From contig OZ024744.1 in NCBI GenBank assembly GCA_964016885.1, positions 108,438,001-108,502,000 on the forward strand: a DNA stretch of 64,000 nucleotides, in the 5' to 3' direction. Positions within the stretch are counted from its first letter, which is position 1. Each line of letters opens with the position of its first letter. Origin of the DNA: Eledone cirrhosa (lineage: Eukaryota). A program made the translations under genes and the position numbers. Below the pieces are notes generated by a model. It ran no database searches and had not been told where the DNA came from. It was given only the letters and a program-made list of their open reading frames with translations. Below are positions 1 to 12,409 of this stretch, one piece after another.

Positions 1-549
1 TTGATAAGGGGTGGCCCTTTTGAGCACACTCCAGGTCAGGTCATAATCTATATTCCTCTTTCTATAACTATTAATTATTTCAGCTAGAGATGTTGCATTA
101 GCTAGTGCGGCATTTTTAAAATTATGTTTGTGGGTATTAAATCTTACCTTAAATTTGTTAGAGGTAGCTCCTATATATGAATAAATTGAGTCCTTAGTGT
201 TAACTTTACATTTATATACTATGTTATTAACAAGGCAATTTCCTTTTAATGGACAGTTTGCCTTGTTTCTACAGTTACAACTTTTCGTGAATCCTGTATC
301 TGAGGAGATATTATGGTTAGTTTGATGTACTGGTGGTATACTCATGGTTTGTTTACATTTATATGCATTATAGGCACTTATATTTTGTTTTATGTTTTTG
401 GTTGTTGAGTAGGAGAATTTAACCGTTGATCTATTTAAAATTTGATGGTATTTGTGGTTTTGCGGGAAGTTTTTCTCTAGGATATTAAAGAATTTTTTAG
501 GTATATTACCCTTAATTTGTAAATTAAATGAAGCATTATACCAAGTAAC
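1..549 (-). mobile_element. Inverted fragment of Penelope-like element (linker and GIY-YIG region), runs off window start
   Basis: Reverse complement matches 4213-4762 nearly exactly; abrupt junction at 549/550 to a forward copy. Confidence 0.9.
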
Positions 550-1489
550 AATATAAGTGCCTATAATGCATATAAATGTAAACAAACCATGAGTATACCA
601 CCAGTACATCAAACTAACCATAATATCTCCTCAGATACAGGATTCACGAAAAGTTGTAACTGTAGAAACAAGGCAAACTGTCCATTAAAAGGAAATTGCC
701 TTGTTAATAACATAGTATATAAATGTAAAGTTAACACTAAGGACTCAATTTATTCATATATAGGAGCTACCTCTAACAAATTTAAGGTAAGATTTAATAC
801 CCACAAACATAGTTTTAAAAATGCCGCACTAGCTAATACAACATCTCTAGCTGAAATAATTAATAGTTATAGAAAGAGGAATATAGATTATGACCTGACC
901 TGGAGTGTGCTCAAAAGGGCCACCCCTTATCAAAATAGTAGATATGAATGTAGATTATGTTCCCAAGAACTTTTTGAAATAATGAAATCTAAGGATATCC
1001 TATTAAATAAGCGACAGGAATTAATAATATCGTGTAATCATAAACTGAGAAAAACCTTTAAATATTATAAACCTAATTAATATACACTTTAGAAATTAAT
1101 ATATAAACTATTTTTTATTTAGTTAACCTATAATTAATATTCTACTACTGATGAACTACATAATTCTGCTTTAAATATTATAAACCTAATTAATATACAC
1201 TTTAGAAATTAATATATAAACTATTTTTAATTTAGTTAACCTATAATTAATATTCTACTACTGATGAACTACATAATTTTGCTTTCCTTCTTACAACTAT
1301 CATTTCCTAAAACTGATACCATTAAGTAAACATATATAATGATTTAACTTCAGGTTATGACTCTATGTTCCTTGAAAACTATATATATTTATTATTTCTC
1401 ACTAATAAATTTAAACCCCCCCCCCATAATTATATGTATATGTAAGTGTGTATGTGTGTGTATATATATGTGTATGTATGTATATATGC

Positions 1490-1565
<76 letters not shown>

Positions 1566-2611
1566 ATATATATATATATACGTGTGTATGTGTGTGTGTA
1601 TGTGTATATATATGTATATATATATATATAAGTATATATATATATTATTTTTATATTCTTTTAATTTCCCCTTATCTTTAACAGCACTTTTCAACTGCAT
1701 CTAACTCTTATTTATCATATCTATATGTATTAGTATAATTTTATCAATATAAATATACCTATCAATTAAATTAATTTATATTCTTTTCATAGATGTATTT
1801 TTTCACTAACATTCTTATCGTAAAACTTTAGTCACCTTAGATATTTGTATTGGCATTACTATTTTATAACAGCAACTGCTTGTATACCCTTTACTGACCA
1901 CCTGACCTATTTTCACCCCTAAAATAAGCTTCAATTACTACTATTTCACCATTTTGCCAATTATTAACTTTCTATTTGTTAATTCTCAACCTCTTACCAA
2001 ACAGACAGAATATATTAGATCTTTGTTGGTTTTATTCAATGAACAAATAAAATTATTTCTGAGGTCAGCATAAGACCTATTTCTTCCCTAAAATAATCCT
2101 TCATTCATAATATTCTTTTCCATCCAAAACTGAAATCTACCTTCCTCTACCCATAATTTAAGGTTCTTCTACTACTATATTACTATCTTGACCCTCACTA
2201 TCTCTCTATTGGTCAATTCAAAACCTGTTTCCAAACAGACCTATTGTATTGAATCTTTGTTTTTTTCAATAAACAAATATCATTATTTCTGAAGACAGCA
2301 TATATATGTGTAGGTATGTATATTCCCTCTGATAGTTTGTATAAATATTGTACATAGATCTATAGAATATGCATACCAACTCTAACACATATATATCCTA
2401 GAAACGATCGTAAAATTATGACATTTGTTTAATATAAGGAACTGTTTCTTTGTTTATTCATTATTTTTTTAATAATTTATCTTGACTCTGTTTTCCGTTT
2501 ATTTTTCACCGAAAGTAGTTTTTGAATGAATCTTCTCTTTTCATGATATCCGGATTACATTGAGTTCTTCATACGGATTGGACACTACCGTAAACTTTTG
2601 GTAGATTTATC

Positions 2612-2616
<5 letters not shown>
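550..2616 (+). mobile_element. Partial (5'-truncated) Penelope-like copy: GIY-YIG coding part plus 3' non-coding pLTR with HHR
   Basis: Near-identical to 4379-6283; ORF 589-1080 equals the C-terminus of ORF 3260-4909; ends in (TA)n at about 2616. Confidence 0.9.
2281..2420 (+). ncRNA. Type I hammerhead ribozyme, long stem II (family A, PLE pLTR)
   Basis: cattattt-CTGAAGA-(105-nt hairpin)-GAAA-cgatcg-TA-aaattatg; palindromic stem III. Confidence 0.7.
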
Positions 2617-2691
<75 letters not shown>

Positions 2692-2757
2692 TGTGTATTT
2701 GTGTGTATGTGTATATATAGATATGTTGATATATATGTGTGTATGTATGTGTATGTG

Positions 2758-2790
<33 letters not shown>

Positions 2791-2964
2791 GCGTGTGTAT
2801 GTATGTGTATATGTGTACGTATATATGTGTGTATGTAATTGTGTGTGTGGTTGTGTGTGCATGTGTGTTTATTTTTCCTTTCCTTCTTCCTTTTCCAGCC
2901 TCACTTTCATATAGATTATATTTTTGTTTTTTAAAATCCAACGGCAATAAATACACCACGATTT

Positions 2965-3024
2965 TTTCATTCTGATGATTGAAAGCAAAATTTGTTTGCT
3001 TTCAAGAACCACTGGTAAATGAAA
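2965..3024 (+). ncRNA. Degenerate type I hammerhead (family B)
   Basis: tttcatt-CTGATGA-ttgaaagca/tgctttcaa-GAA (one A missing)-ccactgg-TA-aatgaaa; related decayed copy at 9057-9125. Confidence 0.55.
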
Positions 3025-3100
3025 TAATTGCCTTATGTTGTTTATTACATAACTATATACATATATAGTATATTTGGCAATATACCGTATGTTTAATTAA

Positions 3101-4909
3101 AAACATTTTGAAGACCTTGTTAATTTACCACTCTGGGAAAACACATCCCAGGTAATTAACTGGTTTAATAATATTAGAAATAAATCCTCTGCTTCATTTC
3201 TACAATTTGATATAGATAATTATTATTCTTCTATATCACCTATACTCCTGAACAAAGCCTTGATATTTGCTAAAAATAGATCTAACTTAACTTTGGATGA
3301 CATTAATATTATTACACATGCTAGACTAACACTATTGGAATTTCAGAATGAATACTGGACCAGAAACACATATAGTAATCTATTCGATATTACTATGGGC
3401 TCAAGCGATTCTGCCCAAATTACTGATCTTGTGGGCCTCTTTCTTCTTTTTAACATAAATGCTTCCTTTCCCCACCTTAAAGGTGGTTTATATCGTGAGG
3501 ACTATCTTCTTCTTTCCAATAACCTTAGCCTCTCAGAGATAGAAAAAAATAAAAAGCTTATTAGAACTTTCCTTAAAGACTATTATAGTCTAGATATTAC
3601 ATTTGAAAACACAAGTAAAGTAGTTAATTTCCTAGATATAACATTAGACTTATCTACGGGTATCTACCAACCTTACCATAAACCCAACCAAAATTTACAC
3701 TACATACACTCACAATCTAATCACCCTAAATCTATCCTTAAAAACCTTGCATATAATATATCACTTAGAATTTCTAACCTTTCATCTAACCAAGATGTAT
3801 TTGATAAAAATGCGACCTTTTATAACGAAGCTCTAGCTAGAAGTGGCCACAAAAATAGATTAGTATATATACCTTCTACCAATAACACTACAAACATACA
3901 ACCTAATATTACCAACAAACACCAAATGAAACATACACACCTAAATGCCACTCACACTATACCCCAAAACACCAACATAAAACCAAATTTCTCTAACTCT
4001 TCTAATATACAGTATAGTAACTCTCAAAAAACTACTCATCCTACAACTCTAATAAATGTTAATAATAAAACTCCTAATAAACAAGCTAAAACACCTAAAT
4101 CAATAAATCTAACTAAAAATGTGTGTGGTGAGGTCATTAACAATAATTCTCTTAATAAACATCAGGATGCATCTTATAAAAACAATAAACAACATCGAAA
4201 CCGTAATAGACGAGTTACTTGGTATAATGCTTCATTTAATTTACAAATTAAGGATAATATACCTAAAAAATTCTTTAATATCCTAGAGAAAAACTTCCCG
4301 CAAAACCACAAATACCATCAAATTTTAAATAGATCAACGGTTAAATTCTCCTACTCAACAACCAAAAACATAAAACAAAATATAAGTGCCTATAATGCAT
4401 ATAAATGTAAACAAACCATGAGTATACCACCAGTACATCAAACTAACCATAATATCTCCTCAGATACAGGATTCACGAAAAGTTGTAACTGTAGAAACAA
4501 GGCAAACTGTCCATTAAAAGGAAATTGCCTTGTTAATAACATAGTATATAAATGTAAAGTTAACACTAAGGACTCAATTTATTCATATATAGGAGCTACC
4601 TCTAACAAATTTAAGGTAAGATTTAATACCCACAAACATAGTTTTGAAAATGCCGCAGTAGCTAATACAACATCTCTAGCTGAAATAATCAATAGTTATA
4701 GAAAGAGGAATATAGATTATGACCTGACCCGGAGTGTGCTCAAAAGGGCCACCCCTTATCAAAATAGTAGATATGAATGTAGATTATGTTCCCAAGAACT
4801 TTTTGAAATAATGAAATCTAAGGATATCCTATTAAATAAGCGACAGGAATTAAGAATATCCTGTAATCATAAACTGAGAAAAACCTTTAAATATTATAAA
4901 CCTAATTAA
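3101..4909 (+). CDS. PLE polyprotein: RT (motifs QFDIDNYYSSI, MGSSDSAQ, GLYREDYL, FLDITL), CxCx5Cx5C linker, GIY-YIG endonuclease; probably catalytically dead (DD read as ED)
   Basis: Frame open from 3101 (TAA at 3098-3100), upstream of the track start at 3260; IVYKC...YIGAT...RFNTH and CRLC...CNH at C-terminus. Confidence 0.85.
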   Translation, partial: KHFEDLVNLPLWENTSQVINWFNNIRNKSSASFLQFDIDNYYSSISPILLNKALIFAKNRSNLTLDDINIITHARLTLLEFQNEYWTRNTYSNLFDITMGSSDSAQITDLVGLFLLFNINASFPHLKGGLYREDYLLLSNNLSLSEIEKNKKLIRTFLKDYYSLDITFENTSKVVNFLDITLDLSTGIYQPYHKPNQNLHYIHSQSNHPKSILKNLAYNISLRISNLSSNQDVFDKNATFYNEALARSGHKNRLVYIPSTNNTTNIQPNITNKHQMKHTHLNATHTIPQNTNIKPNFSNSSNIQYSNSQKTTHPTTLINVNNKTPNKQAKTPKSINLTKNVCGEVINNNSLNKHQDASYKNNKQHRNRNRRVTWYNASFNLQIKDNIPKKFFNILEKNFPQNHKYHQILNRSTVKFSYSTTKNIKQNISAYNAYKCKQTMSIPPVHQTNHNISSDTGFTKSCNCRNKANCPLKGNCLVNNIVYKCKVNTKDSIYSYIGATSNKFKVRFNTHKHSFENAAVANTTSLAEIINSYRKRNIDYDLTRSVLKRATPYQNSRYECRLCSQELFEIMKSKDILLNKRQELRISCNHKLRKTFKYYKPN

Positions 4910-5316
4910 TATACACTTTAGAAATTAATATATAAACTATTTTTTATTTAGTTAACCTATAATTAATATTCTACTACTGATGAACTACATAATTCTGCTT
5001 TAAATATTATAAACCTAATTAATATGCACTTTAGAAATTAATATATAAACTATTTTTAATTTAGTTAACCTATAATTAATATTCTACTACTGATGAACTA
5101 CATAATTTTGCTTTCCTTCTTACAACTATCATTTCCTAAAACTGATACCATTAAGTAAACATATATAATGCTTTAACTTCAGGTTATGACTCTATGTTCC
5201 TTGAAAACTATATATATTTATTATTTCTCACTAATAAATTTACCCCCCCCCCATAATTGTATGTATATGTAAGTGTGTATGTGTGTGTATATATATGTGT
5301 ATGTATGTATATATGC

Positions 5317-5372
<56 letters not shown>

Positions 5373-6091
5373 ATATATATATATATATGTGTGTATGTGT
5401 GTGTGTGTATGTGTATATATATGTATATATGTATATATATAAGTATATATATATATTATTTTTATATTCTTTTAATTTCCCCTCATCTTTAACAGCACTT
5501 TTCAACTGCATCTAACTCTTATTTATCATATCTATATGTATTAGTATAATTTTATCAATATAAATATACCCATCAATTAAATTAATTTATATTCTTTTCA
5601 TAGATGTATTTTTTTCACTAACATTCTTATCGTAAAACTTTAGTCACCTTAGATATTTGTATTGGCATTACTATTTTATAACAGCAACTGCTTGTATACC
5701 TTTTACTGACCACCTGACCTATTTTCACCCCTAAAATAAGCTTCAATTACTACTATTTCACCATTTTGCCAATTATTAACTTTCTATTTGTTAATTCTAA
5801 ACCTCTTACCAAACAGACAGAATATATTAGATCTTTGTTGGTTTTATTCAATGAACAAATAAAATTATTTCTGAGGTCAGCATAAGACCTATTTCTTCCC
5901 TAAAATAATCCTTCATTCATAATATTCTTTTCCACCCAAAACTGAAATCTACCTTCCTCTACCCATAATTTAAGGTTCTTCTACTACTATATTACTATCT
6001 TGACCCTCACTATCTCTCTATTGGTCAATTCAAAACCTGTTTCCAAACAGACCTATTGTATTGAATCTTTGTTTTTTTCAATAAACAAATA

Positions 6092-6233
6092 TCATTATTT
6101 CTGAAGACAGCATATATATGTGTAGGTATGTATATTCCCTCTGATTGTTTGTATAAATATTGTACATAGATCTATAGAATATGCATACCAACTCTAACAC
6201 ATATATATCCTAGAAACGATCGTAAAATGATGA
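6092..6233 (+). ncRNA. Type I hammerhead ribozyme, long stem II (family A)
   Basis: tcattattt-CTGAAGA-long hairpin-GAAA-cgatcg-TA-aaatgatga; stem I fully paired (one G-U). Confidence 0.75.
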
Positions 6234-6279
6234 CTTTTTTTAATATAAGGAACTGTTTCTTTGTTTATTCATTATTTTA

Positions 6280-6407
<128 letters not shown>

Positions 6408-6452
6408 GAAAGTAAAACAAAGAATCCTTCAATACATCAAAATTCTTTATTA

Positions 6453-6490
6453 GCCGACAATGTTTCGTCCTATTAAGGACTCATCAGGGC
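6453..6490 (-). ncRNA. Minimal type I hammerhead (family C)
   Basis: Reverse complement: gcc-CTGATGA-gtcc ttaata ggac-GAAA-cattg-TC-ggc; canonical GUC site. Confidence 0.85.
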
Positions 6491-7107
6491 AATTAAAACA
6501 ACAAGATGTATTATCGGCCAATACAATTCTATAATACGAAGAGCGTGTTTAACTCGAACACGCTCCAGTATTTTAACCCTTATATATATATACATACACT
6601 CAATCATACATATATACACACGTACATACACACACATACATACACACATCTATACACGCATACATACGCATGCAGAAATATAGATATATGTACACACACC
6701 TACATACGCACACACACAAATAGTTATAAGAAAAAATATAATAATAAAAATACCGTCACATAAGAAGAAAAAATAAATGAAAGAATTATTATAGTGTTGA
6801 CAGCGATACAGGCAACAGATAAATGTACAAACACACGTGGTAAGCAATACACACAATTACACATACACATACATACGTAAACATAAATACATACACACAC
6901 TCTCACATACACATACATACACACATACATACACATACACATATACATACACAGGCACAGATATATACATATATACATATATACATATATACATATATAC
7001 ACATACATATATGTATCTATACTATTAATAATTTATATAAATATAGCTTCTCGCTACAACAATTTCTATACTTTTCATTTATATAAATATAAATATATAT
7101 ATATATA

Positions 7108-7442
7108 TACGATATTAAATAAATGGAAATTATATTTATAAAACCATATTTATTTCACTATATATATTTCAGGGATATCATATTAAAAATATGTTATGCC
7201 TTCTTCAGACAAAATACAATATAAACAGTCTTATAAATAGATAAATTCGACATACCTTTCAACTTCGACTTCTATTTGAAGTCGAAGTTGAAAGGTATGT
7301 CGAATCTATCTATTTATAAGACTGTTTATATTGTATTTTGTCTGAAGAAGGCATAACATATTTTTAATATGATATCCCTGAAATATATATAGTGAAATAA
7401 ATATGGTTTTATAAATATAATTTCCATTTATTTAATATCGTA
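7108..7442. repeat. Near-perfect 165-bp inverted repeat with 5-nt loop, each arm carrying a hammerhead (family D)
   Basis: Arms 7108-7272 and 7278-7442, loop TATTT; HHR at 7335-7398 (+) attttgt-CTGAAGA-...-GAAA-tatata-TA-gtgaaat and mirror 7152-7215 (-). Confidence 0.85.
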
Positions 7443-7526
7443 AATATACTCCAAATACTTGTTGGGTGCTTTTATATCAGTTATAAATATTTACTCGTTG
7501 TTAACCCAACAATTTAAATAAAACTT

Positions 7527-7562
<36 letters not shown>

Positions 7563-7647
7563 AACATATACACAAACACATACATACAATTAAAAAAACA
7601 CACACATATGTATGTGTGTGAAATTCATTCTTAGATGTATTCAAATA

Positions 7648-7738
7648 TAATTGTTTCTACTTTAGGCACAAGGCCAGCAATTTCACCAGTGCATTACTGG
7701 TACTTTATTTTATCGACCCCGTAAGGATGAAAGGCAAA
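7648..7738 (-). mobile_element. SINE family 1, 3' fragment
   Basis: Matches 3' half of full copies at 24883-25075 and 34722-34908. Confidence 0.8.
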
Positions 7739-7799
7739 ATCAAAAATATAATACTTATATTTAAGTATCAGCCGTACTAAGAGTGAGAAATAAAATTTC

Positions 7800-7936
<137 letters not shown>

Positions 7937-8440
7937 TATTTCCTCACTTAAATAACCTGTTGTTCCTTTTAATAATACATATCAACATCTTAACATCGCA
8001 CATATTATTAAACCCTTAAACATTATTCTCAATACATATTAACATTTTCTTTTTTCATCGCACATATTATCAAACCCCTCAATATACAAACCTTAACTTT
8101 ACATTATTTTTCTCTTCGTTAATTTTCAAATTCTTTTAATTTATTCATTATCTTCCAACGGTTTTCAACCTCTCAATGTAAAACAATATATCTTTCTCAG
8201 TTATAAAAGCTATCTCTCTCTATCTATCACCTATCTCTCCTCCTATCTCATCCTTCCTCATTATACTCCTCCCTCTCCACTTTTTACTCTCATCTCCTCC
8301 TCTTTTTCATCCTTTCCACCCACCCCCACTCTAAATAAAATATTTTTCCCAATATCACACATCAATCTAAAACTACTTCTCATATGTTGATTTAAAACTG
8401 CACTATCCACAAGTGTTTTTTAACCTTCATATCATGTCTT

Positions 8441-8517
8441 CATGTTTTATCTGATGAAAACACAAATATTATTGCATGATGATATTTGTTTTTGAAATGC
8501 GCATAATAAAATACATG
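8441..8517 (+). ncRNA. Type I hammerhead (family E)
   Basis: catgttttat-CTGATGA-stem II (caaatatta/tgatatttg)-GAAA-tgcgca-TA-ataaaatacatg; palindromic stem III; (TA)n about 30 nt downstream. Confidence 0.8.
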
Positions 8518-8545
8518 GAACTCCTTTAACCATCTTTTGTTCTTA

Positions 8546-8574
<29 letters not shown>

Positions 8575-8578
<4 letters not shown>

Positions 8579-8797
8579 CGACAGTCTATCGACTTTCGTC
8601 AAATCGAACCGAGGAAACAATGTTTCCGTTGGTCTTTCTAATTGCTAATACTATCTATCGGTCGCAACTCCAAGTAGAAGGAGCAACGTGAAATAAAGTG
8701 TCTTGCCTAAGGACATAACACATTATCCGATCCGGGAATTGAATTCACAACCTCACGATTACGAATCTAATTCTCTCAGCACTCAGTCACATACCTT
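8575..8797 (-). mobile_element. tRNA-derived SINE family 2
   Basis: Reverse complement homologous to 12180-12405. Confidence 0.75.
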
Positions 8798-8799
8798 TA

Positions 8800-8951
<152 letters not shown>

Positions 8952-9143
8952 AATATATATATATGTGTGTATAATTGAAGTATTTCCGTAGGAAAGGTAA
9001 AGGAAAAGAGAGTGCTCTATGTAGGCTACAGAGCTTTTTAGTTATGTAATAAACACCATCTGACGATTGAAGGCAGACGAATGTGCCAAGCTCGTCTGTC
9101 TTCGTAAAACCTTTTGTAAATGAAATAATTATCTTATGTTGTT

Positions 9144-9181
<38 letters not shown>

Positions 9182-9250
9182 TATGAAGAGAGAAGAAACA
9201 TTTAGATATAATTAGTAATAAAATGTATCATACCTAAACTGCTCCTAAAT

Positions 9251-9340
9251 TCCTCGACTACGTAGTTTCGTGGCATAAACAAAAACAATATATCATAAAG
9301 ATATAGAGTCCTTGCGAGGTCTGCCGACTTATCAAGAGGA
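9251..9340 (-). ncRNA. Type I hammerhead with U3-A8 variant core (copy 1)
   Basis: Reverse complement: tcctc-TTGATAA-gtcggca...tgccac-GAAA-ctacgtag-TC-gagga. Confidence 0.75.
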
Positions 9341-9845
9341 TACCTCATTTTACTAGTCTCAAGAACGCGTCTACACGACGTGAGAAAGAATCCCAAAAGG
9401 CGGAGGGGGAGATAGTCACGCGATATAACGGTCGAGAAACAGAGCTAAGCCTCTTATAACCCCGAAGAAAATACCACGGAGGCGGAGGGGGTATTTATAT
9501 CGAGGCCGTAGAAGAGGTGGTGAAGAAGGCGAGAAGTATGAGTAATGGAAGCTTTCCAGCTGTCCCCACACTTCAAAGATTGCTCGACCAGAGGGAGTTA
9601 TTAACAATATATTTAGAAACACACAGATACATGCGGACACACACATATATACATGAATGCATCCACACCCAACTGTGAGTTAAGGGTGCCTACTTCACCG
9701 ATGTTGCTCAATGAATGACTGGGACAGACCAATTCAGTTGAACCAGACTGAACCAGTATCAGAGTTAAAAATACATTATGAAGAGAGAAGAAACATTTAG
9801 ATATAATTAGTAATAAAATGTATCATACCTAAACTGCTCCTAAAT

Positions 9846-9935
9846 TCCTCGACTACGTAGTTTCGTGGCATAAACAAAAACAATATATCATAAAGATATA
9901 GAGTCCTTGCGAGGTCTGCCGACTTATCAAGAGGA
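9846..9935 (-). ncRNA. Type I hammerhead with U3-A8 variant core (copy 2)
   Basis: Same sequence as 9251-9340. Confidence 0.75.
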
Positions 9936-10011
9936 TACCTCATTTTACTAGTCTCAAGAACGCGTCTACACGACGTGAGAAAGAATCCCAAAAGGCGGAG
10001 GGGGAGATAGT

Positions 10012-10034
10012 CAGCCGTCGGGGTATTACTTGTT

Positions 10035-10092
<58 letters not shown>

Positions 10093-10283
10093 AACAAGTA
10101 ATACCCCGACGGCTGAGCTCAAGCCGTTTCGACGGCTAATTCTGGACTCAGAATTAGCCGCGTCGAAACGGCTTGAGCTCAGCCGTCGGGGTCTTACTTG
10201 TTCCTATTACCCACTCTACTACCCTAAGTATTGAGTACTTTGGTGCGTTATGGTCCACCTGGTTCCTTACCACTTTTCCTTCG

Positions 10284-10335
<52 letters not shown>

Positions 10336-10360
10336 CGAAGGAAAAGTGGTAAGGAACCAG
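10012..10360. mobile_element. Cluster of short (about 140-bp) TA-anchored element copies in alternating orientation (family I)
   Basis: Unit agaattagccgtcgaaacggcttgagctcagccgtcggggtc...ccttcgtTA(n); also at 18853-19200, 35980-36120, 43523-43686. Confidence 0.8.
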
Positions 10361-10374
10361 TATGTATATATATG

Positions 10375-10401
<27 letters not shown>

Positions 10402-10406
<5 letters not shown>

Positions 10407-11112
10407 ATAAATAACAAAGAACGCCTATAGCATATGCATATCTTTACTTGCTAACATTGTTTCATCCGCACTATAAGTGGGACTCATCAGAACATAAAGG
10501 TTAATTACATACCACACAAGCAATAACAAATCCAAGACATTGAAGAATGAAAAATAATAGAAGATAAAGGATATTAAGGAAGTAAAAGTAAAAATAAAAA
10601 TAAAAATAAAAATAATAAAATAAACAATGAAAAATAATTGAAAAATAAGGGGTGCTATCAGTCACAGTTGGGCGGGGTGCTGTCAACATATAGTTACATA
10701 CAAGCATACACATGGATAAGAGAACAGACAAGAGTAGATAAGATAGATAGGATTAGGTAAGAGTAGGTAAAAAATAGGTGAAAAATAGGTAAAAAATAGA
10801 CTTATAATATATATAAGGAAATATAAAAAAATATAAAAAACATACATATAAAATATAAAATATACAGATAATAGTGATACAGGGTAAGGAATGAAATAAA
10901 ATAATATAAAATTAAAATTAAAATTATATAAAATAGAACATAATATAATATAATCATAAGTGCCTTCGCGGGCCCCTGATATATTCAAGAAATATATTCT
11001 AAAAAAATATATATCTTATCTCAATTTACTTTATTTTATTTTATTTTATTTCATTTCATTTTATTTAATTTTATTTATTTATTTATTTAATTTCATTCAT
11101 TTTTTTATTTAC

Positions 11113-11144
<32 letters not shown>

Positions 11145-11826
11145 TTTTAATTTTATTTATTTATTTAATTTTATTTATTTATTTAATTATATTTAATTAT
11201 ATCTTATATTATATTATTTTATTTTAGTCTATTTTATTTTATTTTAGTTTACCTTATTTTATCTTATTTTATGATTATATTATATTATGTTCTATTTTAT
11301 ATAATTTTAATTTTAATTTTATATTATTTTATTTCATTCCTTACCCTGTATCACTATTATCTGTATATTTTATATTTTATATGTATGTTTTTTATATTTT
11401 TTTATATTTCCTTATATATATTATAAGTCTATTTTTTACCTATTTTTCACCTATTTTTTACCTACTCTTACCTAATCCTATCTATCTTATCTACTCTTGT
11501 CTGTTCTCTTATCCATGTGTATGCTTGTATGTAACTATATGTTGACAGCACCCCGCCCAACTGTGACTGATAGCACCCCTTATTTTTCAATTATTTTTCA
11601 TTGTTTATTTTATTATTTTTATTTTTATTTTTATTTTTACTTTTACTTCCTTAATATCCTTTATCTTCTATTATTTTTCATTCTTCAATGTCTTGGATTT
11701 GTTATTGCTTGTGTGGTATGTAATTAACCTTTATGCTCTGATGAGTCCCACTTATAGTGCGGATGAAACAATGTTAGCAAGTAAAGATATGCATATGCTA
11801 TAGGCGTTCTTTGTTATTTATTATAT
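10402..11826. repeat. 558-bp inverted repeat (310-bp spacer) with a hammerhead in each arm
   Basis: Arms 10402-10959 and 11269-11826; HHR 11734-11779 (+) tgct-CTGATGA-gtcc...ggat-GAAA-caatg-TT-agca and mirror 10449-10494 (-). Confidence 0.85.
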
Positions 11827-11910
11827 CACGGCTCTGTCCTCAGACATCGAGCTAACCTTATACTGCCTGCTGGATAAGTGGAGTGTTATACACCCCTGAT
11901 CCTCTCCCTA

Positions 11911-12405
<495 letters not shown>

Positions 12406-12409
12406 TCTT

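Larger units (their letters stand above)
9176..10013 (-). mobile_element. Retrozyme-like non-coding element: 243-bp direct repeats, 595-bp period, one HHR per repeat (family F)
   Basis: 9176-9418 matches 9771-10013; anchored on (TA)n at 9147-9178. Confidence 0.75.

Noticed and set aside
1062-1290. CTGATGA twice in a 113-bp tandem duplication after the PLE stop codon
   Set aside because: No stem II or GAAA follows; not a hammerhead
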